Of a DNA stretch of 64,000 nt, positions 38,930-52,049 are shown in pieces. The notes beneath the pieces are model-generated. The model made no database searches. It saw only the letters and a list, made by a program, of their open reading frames with translations, and was not told where the DNA came from. This DNA comes from Callorhinchus milii. Its lineage: Eukaryota. Within the stretch, counting starts at the first letter, position 1. Each line of letters starts with the position of its first letter. The stretch covers positions 64,544,001 through 64,608,000 of the forward strand of contig NW_024704742.1 in assembly GCF_018977255.1 (NCBI RefSeq), in the 5' to 3' direction. A program made the translations under genes and the position numbers.

Positions 38930-39420
38930 TTACTCCTTGGGGGTATCCTGCAAAATACCCTCAAAGTTTGCAGATGATGATGACAGTAGATATTGCAGAT
39001 ATTGAGAAATCATGCATCCAGATGTAAAAGCTTTTGGATCATTTAGATAACTGGGCCAATAGACACATCTATTGTGAATAAATTCTAAAATAAATATTCA
39101 AAAGAGCATTGAATTGAACCACCATATTTAGTGTAGTGTGATCATGAAATAGATCTAAAGAGTTATTTAGGTTAATCCCTAAACAGGGGCTCAGCGTTTG
39201 GAGAGCAATGAGATGCAGTATATCCCCCAATGATACCGGGAACGGTATCGGTACTGACTGGAGTAGCAAATCAGGTGCCAGAAGTACTGACATATTAAAA
39301 AGTAGGACAAGTCACTGCATTTTTCCTCTCTCAATACCTTTAATATCAGCTGGAGGTTCCATAGATAGATAGAGAAGGGCAAATAAAAGACATATGGTTT
39401 GCTATAGGATGAGATCAGTT
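38930..39420 (+). mobile_element. very old CR1-like fragment; other CR1 pieces at about 11040-11200 (-), 38745-38870 (-), 52190-52325 and 59860-60365
   Basis: tcaaagtttgcagatgatga (KFADD) and LDNWAN remnants. Confidence 0.55.
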
Positions 39421-40699
39421 TCCTTTAGTGTGTCAATGTGCATCTTACACATAGAATATTTTCAAAAAATCACAATCTTTACACTCTACTCAATTGTGCA
39501 TTGCAGGTCATGATGGATTAGTAATATTTTGAGAAGTCAGCCAGGTGTTTGGCACACTCGGAAACCCATTATCGTGCTTAGAGTGCCCAAGTGAAACAGA
39601 ATTTCACATATACATGACACCTATGTATGGAAATTTTCCTTTGTCTGATAAGGTGCAAAGACCCACAAAGAACCAATTCTTCAAGCCTAAAACAAAAGTT
39701 TCTTGATCCTCACATCCAGTAGGTGGAATACATTTTAGAGCTTGTTACAAGTATACAAAATCCTCTTTACCTAGCTTTTGGATAAGTTACAATAAATACT
39801 AAATGTGAAGATGGAAGTTCAGTTTAACATCCAACAATAAATTCAGGAAAGCTTTACAAACATTACCAAGCCACTTTGCAATTACGAAATAAAAGGCAAT
39901 ATTTTGTGCAAAGCAAAACTGTTCATTGCATTTTAATTAGCTTGTCACAATACCCTTAAGGTCAGTTCATACTTTTACACTCAAGTGTTCCTAAGCAACA
40001 AGATAAGACCCAAGACTTGCTCCACTTACTTTTACAATGGACTGTGGAGATTTTCCATGAACCAACAAAATAAAACCTATTGGCTTGTTGCTATAAATTA
40101 GAAATAAGACAATGAATAAAATCAAACCCAAACTTTCTATGGCGGGGGGAAGGGGGGAGAAGTTTAGTTAAGAAATAGTTTGCTTACAAAACAAATGTTT
40201 TCTCTAAACATTTCTATAATTACTGGAAAGATCCCTGTGGTATAGTTGGCTCTAAACCAGCCGGCATAAATTGGACTGCTTTATTAAGTTAACCCAGATG
40301 CAAAACAAAATGTGAAGTCTGGTAGCGTATGTGGATTAGTGGATAGGAGGCAAGAGGACCTGGGTTTGATTCCTGAGCAGGGCAAAACCTTCGGCAAATT
40401 TCCTTACTCCACACACTTCTATTTACCTAGCAGTAAGTAGGAACCCGGTTGTTTGTTGATTGGCGGATTGATTTTCCGGGCATAATAATCCATTCAAATT
40501 TTTCAAAAAATGTCACTCAATCCACGACGGTTTGTGACACTGCTGTGCACAATTGGCATTCCAATAAGTGGAATTCAGCTTCATTTAGTGTATTAACACA
40601 GCTCTTCAAAGCAGCTTAATCCCAGTGGTGGAACATACTCACTCCCTTATTACAACATGAAGGGTTAGGACATCACGATTCAGTACTTCAGCCTGCAGA

Positions 40700-40950
40700 G
40701 AGGAGGATTTTTTTTGGTTAGCCGAGTGACACAGGCGGAAACCCATCACCGTGCTTAAGAGTATCCAAACCAATGCATGGAAATTCCAGAAACGTGCATC
40801 CCACCTACACACGGAAATCCCAGAGATAGATTGTTGGGATGGAATGCGCACTCTCCCTCTGGAGGGCACACGGAAAATCTAAATGCCAAATACAAGGTTT
40901 TGAAAAATGGGGAATATTCTTTTGTAAAAGATAACTGAAAAAGACCTTCA
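40700..40950. repeat. unclassified dispersed repeat, core GCTTAAGAGTATCCAAAC; about 7 copies in the window
   Basis: same orientation at about 35085-35200, 39525-39640, 45325-45440 and 46585-46680; opposite orientation at about 6040-6265 and 10755-10875. Confidence 0.7.
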
Positions 40951-41429
40951 TAGAGCTAATCAACGAGTATTTTTTGGCGGCCTTTTTCATCCCATACCCT
41001 CTTCTGCAGACAAACCAGAGACCTCCATTTTCAGCAGCTGGTTCCACTTTTCCTCTGTGAATATGCCTTACCTCTATTTGTAGTTAGATAATAATATAGC
41101 CCTAGGTGGAGTGTTCACCATTGTTTTAGTAACTTGAAATACAAGCATGGAGCTATTTCCCATCACTGCATTTTCCCTTGACCCTCTCATAATTATCTTG
41201 TATCTTGTCTGGCACATCATCTTATTTGACAAACCATTTGTATTTCTGATGAAATTTTTTTAAAAAATCTCTAATGGGAAAGTTCTTTATAAATGGTTCT
41301 TTCTTGCATAATCTACCCTGCAAAATTAGATTTCGATAAAATTAAACAAGGCATGGACTTTAAATGCATTCAAATAAGATATTGTGCACAAAAAAGCAGC
41401 TTCTCTCCGCTTCTTTTAGAATAGGAATA

Positions 41430-41477
41430 AAAATGTCACACATTTATGGGTACCATGTTTTAATAAGTCCATTTATT
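41430..41477 (-). terminator. candidate HTT polyadenylation signal (implies a 3' UTR of about 1.85 kb)
   Basis: minus strand AATAAA (41477-41472), ATTAAA shortly downstream, then TGTGTG and T-rich sequence; other AATAAA hexamers exist near 42544 and 40285. Confidence 0.4.
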
Positions 41478-43306
41478 TTTCAAAGTGCAAATTAAGTCAT
41501 TTAGAGTTAAAATGCAACATTTGTTAAAATGAGTACTATGAGGATTAATACAATACAAAGGCTCCAGCCACATGTCTGTCATAGCCATTGTATAAACAGT
41601 CAAATCAAGAGTCAGTCTGCGGGAATTAGAAGCAGCCTCATTGTATTTTGTTACTATTGTCAGTCTGGTTATATATAAATATGTATATATGTATATATAT
41701 ATTGTATATATACATATATAATATATAAATATAAAAACTCACAGTAACATGGGATACATCAACATTATGAGTCAGTGAAAGTTGTCACATCTTTCATTAA
41801 ACCAGCCACTGCAATGGTAAGAATTTACACTAATGAACCCTTTTAAGTTTGTTAGATACTGTCATAGGCAATATTTAAAATCACATTGCCCCAAGAATGA
41901 CAAACACAAGGTTATACACTGTTATATTTGAAATGATAATTATTTTCTGACACTAAAGTTCTGCAGTATGTTAGCAACAACACACTTAAAATGAACTCTG
42001 TGGCCCTGCCAGTTTGTTCAAGGTTCTCATCAACAAGTGCAGTCGAGCAAGTCTGTCCCAGGATTAGATATGTGGAAGAAATGAGAAAAGGTGCTTGCAC
42101 ACTTTTACCTGAATAAAACAAGCGAATGCCCAACATGAACAGGGCCAGAAACTCTACAAAAACAAAATTATTGCTTCAAAGCATTATCATGGTTGATTTT
42201 GTCTCAACAAAAAAATGAATACAATGTAGTCAAAATGATTTAACTTAATAAGTGCATGATTGAGCTGGCTTTCTGGCTACTCTAAGAATAATTAATTTCA
42301 GTTTTTGTAATAGCGGGGAATATTAATACATGTAGCTATGAGCCTATTAAACTAGAACATTACGCCTATAAAAGCAGTCCAAGTTTGGTTTAATACCCTA
42401 TTAGACCAAATTTAACATTTTTGTATGTCTAATTGCAATAATCCATTATGGCAGTCCAATATGGGGCATCCATTCTCATAATCAAATTATAATCAAACAG
42501 CTTTGCCCACATAAGTGGCAAAGAATAAACATTGAGGTTTTATTCAGGTTACGTTGATAATTGAAAACACTGACTAATTTGAACTTGACTCTTTGCAATG
42601 TGCTGACTAATGTCATGTTTAACCTCAAACCAAATCCATATTTACTAAATTCATCTTCCACTAAATACATCACTAATGAAATTGATTCTGTTTGCCCTTC
42701 TCAAATATGATCTGAATACCAGATCATGATATGTCGACTTCATACCTAATAAATATATTCTTTTCTTTGTATAGTACAGACACACTATGTCATTAAGAAT
42801 CAAATGCTTCTTTGATGGAAACTGAACTCAAAAGCTGCTTTACGAGTTTGTGCTAAATCAAAATAAATATTCACACCTGAGCAACAGCCACACTCACTTG
42901 AACTGTACTCTGACTCCATCCACAGCCAAGGACTGACAGACAGAAGACATTCAACATAGTGGTTTTCTTCATTGCAAATTATGGGATAAATTCATGCATC
43001 ACAGGTTTTACAATTGTACATACTTTACATGATATATAAATCTTCAGTTAAAAGACAGTTTTACTGATATTACCACATCTTACATCCTGAGAAGATTAAC
43101 ATTTGTGATTATATGCACTAAATTTTACATAAAACCACGTTACAACATGTAACTGAAGAGCCCGAAAATTCTGAAGGAAATTTCAACATGCTAGGAGTGA
43201 CTTAGAGCACGAAGATTGCAGTAAAACAACCATCAATGTGTCACTGAGTAATGCCATTTTGTTTAATGAATAAGTCTTCTCCACATGTCAAGTGCAGACA
43301 CTGCAT

Positions 43307-43520
43307 TCACAACTCTGCAACCTGATGGAAGCTTCGCAAACAAGTCAAGAGTTGATGATATGGACTTCCGGGGGTTGCCACCACCTCAAAGACTGACTGG
43401 AAGGCCCGGCGATCCAGCTCCTCTTCAATCTGTTTCCTGTAAAAATCCATGGCTAATAGGCAGAACAAGTTTACATCAATCTGGTCCGATTTACCCATTC
43501 GGCTGACAATATGGGGAAGG
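43307..43520 (-). CDS. HTT: huntingtin final coding exon (exon 67 equivalent), ending in TGA
   Basis: ctctcag|C CTT CCC CAT...[79 protein letters not shown]. Confidence 0.96.
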
Positions 43521-44438
43521 CTGAGAGAACAGTTAAGAGATAATAACTTTACTGCAAATGTTAATAATGACATTAGAGTCAAGTTTACAATACACTTTTT
43601 GATTTGCCTAATAATTTTGATCAAGTCTCTTTCAATACCCATTTCCAGCAACATATTTTCCAATTGAAATTCCAAAGAAAACAAGCTGTCTGGTTAAAAG
43701 ACAATTAGTTCCCTTCTCATATTGATTCTTTCAATAATTACTCATAGCTCAAGCAGAAAGCACGACACTACAGGAGGCTACTTATTATTTCTCAGATTGT
43801 TTGCAGACTTCTTATTTTTTCATTACTTTCAAAATCTTTGATCAAGTGGAACAAAGCAAATGACATCCACTACGCTGGATCAACTGAGTTCCTTCCTTCA
43901 GCTTTGCCACTAACAAGAGGTGTCAAGCTGAGTTAACACTTCACACTGGTACTTAGTTTCATTATGAAGGGGAATCTTTCTGGTTTCCTTTTTACATAAC
44001 TGGATTCAGAACAGGATGCTCACCCTCTTTTGAATGGTTACGTGGAGTTGCAAGAGAGAGTCAAAGCAAAATACAATAAAGTGCTTCATCCTTTTAACAA
44101 GCAATTTCAAAGCACATCAAATTCATAAATGTTCCACAACTCAGTAGTAATGGCATTTGTGGTTGGAAAACCTGCTTTCAGATTAGTCTCTACTGCACCA
44201 GTTTGTGCCATAATTCCTACTAGGTCAAACGTAAAGCTGGGTAAATCTGCAGAATTAATATTGGCCATTTTAATAACTCAACTCTCAATGTATTTTACTG
44301 AATGAAGTTAAATTCCTAGATAAGGATGTCTTGGGGCTTATATGCTTACAGACTGCTTCAGCTTGTTTAAAATGTGTTGCGTCTTATAGTTCTCATCTTC
44401 CGCGCCTTTACTAGTTAAAATTAAACAATCAAGGATAC
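43521..44438 (-). other. HTT: U12-type (minor spliceosome) GT-AG intron, last HTT intron
   Basis: 5' splice site GTATCCTT (44438-44431); branch sequence TCTCTTAAC (43540-43532) 10 nt before the end of the intron. Confidence 0.93.
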
Positions 44439-44599
44439 AGGGCTGAGATCCATGTGCTGGTAGAAGCACTGACAAAGAAACAGGAGAGGCTCCACATTGC
44501 CATCGCTACCGGCGTTCTCTGAGTGAAATTTGAGAGTGACAACATTACCCAGTCCCTCACCATGGAAGATTGTCCAGTATTGTGAAGTGTTTGAAACAC
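44439..44599 (-). CDS. HTT: huntingtin exon 66 equivalent
   Basis: ttgcag|GTG TTT CAA...GCC CT|gtatcctt; [53 protein letters not shown]. Confidence 0.95.
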
Positions 44600-45082
44600 C
44601 TGCAAAAAGAACACAAAAAGAAGTTTTCAATGCAGAATAACAACTCAATCCTGCTTGTAGGACACTGCGGTGTACAGTTGGTTTCTGCGTTTCACCCACA
44701 AAATGTACAGTAAATCCTCTCTACAGTATGTTCTGTGAAGGTCATTGAAACGTCAATGATGTGGTAAGGCGCTGCATCAAATGCAAGAATTATTATTATA
44801 TTCAAACAGAGTGAGAAAGGATGTTCAACAACTGGTTGAAGTGCAGCACTGCATGTTATAGGATTTCACGTGCAACACAAAACCTTACAATCCTCAGAAT
44901 TGTGGCAATTCTAAATGAAGCTTTTTATAACAGTATGAAAACCCACTCTTAACTCTCACTGTAGTTTAAAAACACCCAAACCTTTCTCCAAAGATTCCTT
45001 GCGCAAAGTACAATTAATAATATTATCCTGCAGCAGAAGCCTTGCCAATTCGATAAGAAACGAATGGGAATAAAAAAAATAC

Positions 45083-45245
45083 CTTGTAAACAACGGCAGC
45101 CATCAACTGTGGGTAAGGTTGCTGGCTGGAAATAAATTCACCAATAACCTTGTTCATCACATCCTGGGGTGGGAAGAAGTCATCAAGGAACTGTGGGAGG
45201 ATCCGTGCCACAACTCGTGCCTCACAAGGAAACCCTTTCCTAATT
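45083..45245 (-). CDS. HTT: huntingtin exon 65 equivalent
   Basis: tggtag|A ATT AGG AAA...TAC AAG|gtattt; [37 protein letters not shown]...AVVYK. Confidence 0.95.
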
Positions 45246-46307
45246 CTACCAACCAGAAACAGATTGAATTTTTCAAGTTGCTAAACTCAGAACAAATATA
45301 CACTTAATTTTCTGGCTGCTAAATTGGATTTTTTTGAGGGGTTAGCCGACAAATGAGGCAATCCATCAGCAAGCATTATAGTATCCAAACTAGAGAGTTC
45401 CACACATGTGTGCCATCTATATATGGAGATTTCCCTGGCTGGAATGGAATGTGCACTGCTGGAATTTAACCAGCTAACACTGCAAAGTTTGGATTGCTTT
45501 CAATATGTTTTGGAAACAAACCAGAATTTTGCAACCACCAAAGAAGCATGTTTGTTGCCTTACCAGTTTACCAATACAAAGTAAGTTTCACAGTACTGTC
45601 CAGCCATCCTACCTGTTTGAGCATTGACTTCCAAAGTTGAGAACATTTCTATCCTCAAACCTAATGATCTAGAAACGCTGGACAACCAAAACAGTGGTTT
45701 GCCTGGGTTTGTCTTCTCAAAGCCAGTACATCCTTCACAGTCACTCCCAATTGCCTCTTCTTCCTCCCCAAGGATTTTTTAAGTAAAATATAAAATAAAA
45801 TATATTATTTATGTCAACCTAAAAAAAGGATAAGGATTGGGTGGATCTACTTGATTTTTGAACAAGAAACATCTGGTCTTATGATGACCTAGTGATGATT
45901 CTTATTTTATCGCATAAGCAATATTTGCATTTAACGTTGGACTACAATTCCTTAAGTTGCAGTTGGTCCTATGAAATCTCAATGTCAAGAAACGTGTGCA
46001 CTTGCATTTGCACAAACGGCAAGCCATAAGATTACAGCCACCGCAATTAAGCCCAGCTCTATCCTAACTCACCCCACGCATGCACATGTATACCTGCCAT
46101 TTGTGTGGTTACTAAAAAGGGTAGCCAAGGTTCATTTAACAAGAGGGATTGGCCTGGCATTCTGGATTTACGAGATCTAATAGGTGGTTCCTTCACCCAA
46201 ACGAAACTCCTCTTCTGAAGTACATCACTTGTGACCAAGAATATGACCACACAAACCCATTATTGTACAATTTCTGTAAAAGCTACATTCCTCTGAAAAG
46301 CACCCAC

Positions 46308-46413
46308 CTGTCAAACAGGACTGATACCCGTTCCATAGCCACGATGACAGATTCACTGTCGGGAGCTGTGGAGTCGGTTTCTGTAATCCGTCCAGGGCTG
46401 CCCTTCTCTTTGC
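46308..46413 (-). CDS. HTT: huntingtin exon 64 equivalent
   Basis: aaacag|GC AAA GAG...GAC AG|gtgggt; (G)[34 protein letters not shown]. Confidence 0.94.
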
Positions 46414-46919
46414 CTGTTTACACCATAAAAAGATTCAAATTTGGAAAACTCCTGTAACACATCATTTTTTTCTAACAACCCTGCAAGCATTGCTGCACCA
46501 AAGAAAAATATTTTATATGGTTTCATACATTTCAATGGTCTTGTTTCAGATGGTATAAAAAAATCTGAAAAGTATTGCTTAAATTTTTTTTTCTGGTCAG
46601 CCGGGTGTCTGATAAACATAATCACCATTGCTATGCTTAAGAGTATCCAAACGAGGTAGAGGTCCATCATTGTATGGAGAGCACACACTGTTCCCAGTAT
46701 AAGCACCCTGCTAACCTAATCCCAGAAAGTATTAGGCACACGTTGCCAAGAACCAACTCTAAAGTGGACATAAAAGCATCGATAGGAGGATTGATCATTT
46801 CAAAAGGCTTCCAAAATGACATGACAAGAAGTGAGTGACAAAAATTCAAAGTTTCAAGTCCAAGGCAATGAGTTAAACCTGATAATCAAGTTTACTGAAG
46901 CTTCATCAAATATTACATA

Positions 46920-47700
46920 TCACATTCATCTTGGAAAATAAAAACCTAAATGGGGTAGAGGAGCTAAGGGATCAATGGATACACATACACAATTCACTAA
47001 AAGTAGCAACACAGGTTAATAAGGCCATAAAAAAAATGCAAACCAGGCATTGGGGTTCATTTCTAGAGGGATAGAAATGAAAAGCAGGGAAATTATGGTA
47101 AACTGCTATAGAAATTTGGTTAGACCACACTTAGAATACTGTGTGCAATTCTGGTCCCCACATTATAGAAGGGATGTAGAGGCACTGGAGAGGATGCAAA
47201 GGAGATTCACAAGGATGATCCCAGAACTGAGAGGTTATACCTGTCAGGAAAGGCTGAACATACTTGGACTCTTTTCTCTTGAAAAGAGGAGGGTAAGGGG
47301 TGACCTGATAGAGGTCTTTCAAATGCTGAAAGGTTTTGATAGGGTAGACATCGGGAAGATGTTTCCACTTGTGGGGGAGACCAAAACCAGGGGCCATCAA
47401 TATAATAGTTCAAATAGAGAAGTTAGAAGAAATTTCTTCACAGAGAGTAGTGGGAATGTGGAACATGGTGGAACAAGGAGCTGTTGACGCAAATAGCATA
47501 GATGTATTTAAGGGAAAGCTAGATATATATTATAATATATATATTTTATATTACACATGAAGGAGAAAGGAATAGAAGGTTATGCTTGAAGTTTAGTTGA
47601 AGGACAGGAGGAGGCTCATGTGGAGCATAAACACCGACACAGACCAGTTGGGACGAATGACCTGTTTCTGTGCTGTATATTCTAATGTTTTCTAATGTAT
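46920..47700 (+). mobile_element. CR1 LINE 3' fragment in HTT intron 63
   Basis: ORF 47050-47487: LVRPHLEYCVQFWSPHYRRDVEALERMQRRFTRMIP...RRVRGDLIEVFQMLKGFD; CR1-type 3' tail. Confidence 0.93.
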
Positions 47701-47737
47701 TAACAAGTGTGGTGTATCATAGGTCGCAATTCAATAC

Positions 47738-47951
47738 CTGTATACATGCAGGTTAGCATCAATCCCAATGCAGCCATTGCTCTGTGAGGACTGTGCATAT
47801 TCAGTCTATCTACACTGAGTTTTACCAGCGCCTCTCCATCCAAACGCGAAAGTTGTTCTGACAGCAGAAGACGTTCCATCCCACGCAGCACACAATGATA
47901 GATTATAGAAGGAGTAGATTCTTCACTCCCAGAGATCATTACACCACACAT
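47738..47951 (-). CDS. HTT: huntingtin exon 63 equivalent
   Basis: tttcag|ATG TGT GGT...ACA G|gtattg; [33 protein letters not shown]...GLMLTCMYT. Confidence 0.95.
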
Positions 47952-48511
47952 CTGAAAACAATTAATTAAAGAAGTTACACTTAAATCTACAACCCATGGC
48001 CCCACCAAACATTCGGACTAGCCTAGGTAAGTCCGTGTTCAATTGGTAGTGTGTTTCCAGGTTTTTCTTGCTTGAATACTTTTTGACTTGTGGCATAATT
48101 CAAAAAATATTCAATCACAAATATTTATTTTGCTGGCCGACCAAAAGGCTTACACAAATGCTACCTATTTAGAGATTGACTATTATGTCCTTTGTGGGTG
48201 ATTGGACACATTGCCCCTCTGCTTACTGCCATTTGTTCAGAACAAATATCTCCAAACAAACTCACTATAGTCCAATTTTCTAAATCACCATATAAACCCA
48301 CAAGCTTTCAATTGAGTGTCTGTCTGGATACAAACCACTGTATTAACAAGAGACTTGAAAAACAACTATTTGTGGCCAAAATAACTAATATAGCTCTGTT
48401 ACCATTTACAGGAGTAACAATATGGATAGATATTACACAATGTAACCTTTCAGATACTGTACCGTCTGCTTTATACCTATCTAATACAATGCACCACACA
48501 CTAAGCAATAC

Positions 48512-48626
48512 CTGAATGATGCCTGCAGTGAATTCAGGTCCCACGTCGAGTGGGTAGTTTTCTATCAGGTAAAAGGCTGTTGCACACATCACTAATACAT
48601 GCTGTTGATTGTGGATGTTAACACAA
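48512..48626 (-). CDS. HTT: huntingtin exon 62 equivalent
   Basis: atatag|T TGT GTT...ATT CAG|gtattg; [38 protein letters not shown]. Confidence 0.95.
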
Positions 48627-49176
48627 CTATATAAAGAACAAAACAAAATATTAGCAATGCTGTTTAAACTTTGCTCGGTTTATATCAGAATACAGACAAT
48701 TTTAATAAGATGCATCTTAGTTGAGGATATATTAATATAGCTAGGTTTATTCTGCTACCCTTGGGGTAGGGGGGGGAGGGGAGGAGGAGGTTTAGGGACT
48801 ATTTGCGAAAAATCTCTCTCTCTAGAAAATGCAATGGGTGTAGAACCCATGATAGGATAGTTTCTACTTGGTTTATCAATGGAGCAAACTACACCTTGAC
48901 AAAGTCAATAAGGAAGCAGCTGTTCGGAAGGAACTGACTTTTCATGCTCTAAAAGAAATAAGAGAATGGAAACCAATTATCTTACATAAAGCTAGGTTTA
49001 AAACACTTAGCCTAAAAAAATTCAGGCAGAAACATTAATTTTTTTCCTTTACTTCCCATTATCTACTTGCATTAAATGGAATGTTTAGAACCAGGTAATA
49101 TTCTCATTCCCACTCAGCACTTTGGAGGCAATATAGTTCATTAGTAAGTCACGATAAACATAAAATTCTTCCATAC

Positions 49177-49367
49177 TGTGCTATTCCACGCAGGTTGGAC
49201 AGCAGGTAATCACTGATGATTGGAATGAGCTGTTTTGCTGTATCATCCAATAGATCACATTCCAGAATGTAAAGAATTCCATGCAGTGCTCCTATCCGAG
49301 AAGGCATATGAGTACTTCGCAATGTGGTCTCCAACAGACGACTTATAGGCTCTGCAATAGCCTTATC
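49177..49367 (-). CDS. HTT: huntingtin exon 61 equivalent
   Basis: ctatag|GAT AAG GCT...GCA CA|gtatgg; [42 protein letters not shown]...LRGIA. Confidence 0.95.
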
Positions 49368-49459
49368 CTATAGAACATACATAAAACAGGAAAAGTGAAC
49401 GATAAAGAGTTAAAGCTTTTAACAAGCCAAACAAAAAAATAATTTTACATGTAACCTCC

Positions 49460-49760
49460 ATTGTCTCCCCCCACCCTAACTCTGGAACCTCCTTCACCCG
49501 TACCAACCCGGCCGTTCCCTTTGCTTGGCTGACAGTGGCTTACTCCACATCTCCTGTTCTATTCGCCTCATCAGCCTCCTGGCCCCGCTCTCTGGAACTC
49601 CATTCCCAGGTCCTTCCTCCCTTTTTCAAGGTCAGTCTCAAAACAAACCTCTTTTTGACCGCACTTTGAACCTCAGCTCCGGTGCCCACCAAGCATTGTC
49701 AAGCACCTTGGGACATCCTCCCGACGTGAAAGGCACTTTATAAGTGTAAATTTCATTGTA
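49460..49760 (+). mobile_element. L2 3' fragment; similar short 3' ends at about 8370-8650, 17970-18315, 36085-36420 (-) and 53000-53200
   Basis: ctctggaactcc...cttgggacatcctcccgacgtgaaaggc tail motif. Confidence 0.75.
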
Positions 49761-50215
49761 AACTGCAACTATTCAAAATCTTAATGAAGAAAACCAGACC
49801 ATTGCTAAAACAATAAACAAGTAATGATTATGCTGTAGACTTTTCTCGCCCTTGACAATCTATACTAAGACCTACTCCCACATTTAGATAAAAGAGAACT
49901 TTTAAAGTTGTTATTTTAACACCTCATTTATGTTACAGAGATTCTTTAAACAGGTGTTGCTGTAATTTTCTAATTTTAGCAGTGATGTGGAGTTCACGCT
50001 GACTTCTCAATAAAACCAATGTATAGTTGTATAAAGACAGTGAAAAATCACAAACCCTGATTAACAGGAGAAATTCAAACTCAGTTTACCTTCAGGTTGC
50101 CAGGAACAAAATTGGGAACTTCGAGAATCCATTATTTTGTGATACGAGTAACGTTGTGAGATTTTGCAGGCTATACGTTTGTGATAGAGTGAAGAGATAC
50201 CATTTCCCCACTTAC

Positions 50216-50371
50216 CATGCCCAGAACGGCTGCTGCCTTACAGACTGCAGGCACTAAATACTGATTAAGAATTTCATCCTCTGCCGGATGCAGTTTCTGC
50301 AGTTCTGTCAGAGTGCTGTACATCATTTCAAACTGGTTTCTTTCAGTAAACAAATCCGAAACTGCCAGAAG
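50216..50371 (-). CDS. HTT: huntingtin exon 60 equivalent
   Basis: ttgcag|CTT CTG GCA...GGC ATG|gtaagt; [24 protein letters not shown]...CKAAAVLGM. Confidence 0.95.
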
Positions 50372-50549
50372 CTGCAAAGGAAATACACATTTAAATTTGG
50401 ACATGGGATTACACATGGGATTCAATTACAGTACTTCTGACTTTCCTACATTAATTTTGCATATATTGCTTTGAGAGATTACATACCTGCATTTTTTCCC
50501 AGAAAATGAACGAATAAAAGATTATTTCCAGATCAAATGCAACACTTAC

Positions 50550-50679
50550 CGATCTTACCACCTCGCTGATCAGGACAACAGGGGTTTTCTTGCCAGTGTT
50601 AGTGGGAAGTATCCACTGAGAGTAGAGTTCCAGTAAGAACTGGGAACAGGAATGAATGTCAACCCCAGCCCGATGCTTC
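50550..50679 (-). CDS. HTT: huntingtin exon 59 equivalent
   Basis: ctgcag|G AAG CAT CGG...AGA TCG|gtaagt; [43 protein letters not shown]. Confidence 0.95.
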
Positions 50680-51190
50680 CTGCAGTAAAGTTAGGAAAGT
50701 GTTAAAAGATGGTGAAACAGACTAAAATCAAATTTGTACCAAACAAGCCTTCCAACTCATGATGCTCAATGCATTGCTCAGCTGGATAATCACCTGCAAA
50801 CCATCCCTGGCTCCAGTCAGGTCTCCACTTGACCTAGAGCTAGAGAAATTCACCACCGAGGTGAGTGCATTAATGACCTGAGTTTTGAGGAGAAGTAGAC
50901 AATGGAGGAACATTGTTGAAGATTCAGTTCAGATCTCCCTCCGGCAGGTGAGATATTTATTTCAGTCATTTTGTTTTCGGACTTTGGCTTCACAGATTTT
51001 CTCTGTAAGAGGACCAACATGAGACCTTCTTACAGGTGTCTGTTGGTCTGTAACTAGTTGGGAGAAACGCAAGTGGTGCAAGGTTACCCATGCTACATGC
51101 TTTCTCCACAAGGAGTCCAGGAGGCCTTCAAGTTTTCTAAATGATGACACAAATGTATAGAAATTGCATATTAACAACACCACAACAGAC

Positions 51191-51321
51191 CTTGAATTAA
51201 TTGGCGAAGTTGGAGGAGAGGATGGAACAGGCACATCAGTTTCATCTTCCTCATCTTCATCCCACTCTTCTTCTCTCAATGGGGTGATGTTGTTTCCCAG
51301 CCAGATAGAATGAATGGATAC
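51191..51321 (-). CDS. HTT: huntingtin exon 58 equivalent
   Basis: gtgcag|GTA TCC ATT...TCA AG|gtctgt; [43 protein letters not shown]. Confidence 0.95.
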
Positions 51322-51966
51322 CTGCACAGCAAGAAAGTAAACTATTGAAAGTAAAGAAGAAATGCCTCAAATGCTCATAACTGTCAAACAGCAGAGCTAG
51401 AATAGCAGATTCTAGCATTGATTTATTGTTAAGATAATAGTTCCTAAACTGCTCAAAGCTCTTCAAAATGTATTAAGTACAATTCAAACTGATTATATTT
51501 AAAAATGGATGAAATGAAAACTGCACATGCTTAACCAATTAACTTTAAAAACAACAAATTGCATTTATATATCATCTTTCACGTCAGGAGGATGTCCCAA
51601 GGTGTGGAACAGTCAAGGGTTTGCACCCGAGCTGCAGATTGGAGTCAAGAGAGGTGGAGGGCAAGTGGGGTGGTGGTGGGAAGATAACTGAAGGTCCCAC
51701 TCTCTGGAACTCCATCCCTGGAGTGTCATCGCCTCATCCCTTCTCTCGCTTCCTTCAAGGTCCACCTCAAGACCTTCCTCGTTGACTGCCCTTCAGTCAT
51801 CTTCCCACTTTGGCCCACACCCCAAATGCAAACCCTCGACTGTCGAGTGCCTTGGGACATCCTCCTGACTTGAAAAGCGCTATATAAATGCAATTTGTTG
51901 TTGAATATTAAAGGAGGGCAAATAGCTGCTGATTCTCACACATTCAAACAAACAAATACTCCATAC

Positions 51967-52049
51967 CTGTCCCAGTTTATAATTCATGTTCCCCATTTCC
52001 CGCTCGGTATTTATCTGTAGTAAAAGCTTTTCATGGCTTATCAGGGCAC
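51967..52049 (-). CDS. HTT: huntingtin exon 57 equivalent
   Basis: atctag|GT GCC CTG...GGA CAG|gtatgg; (G)[27 protein letters not shown]. Confidence 0.95.
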
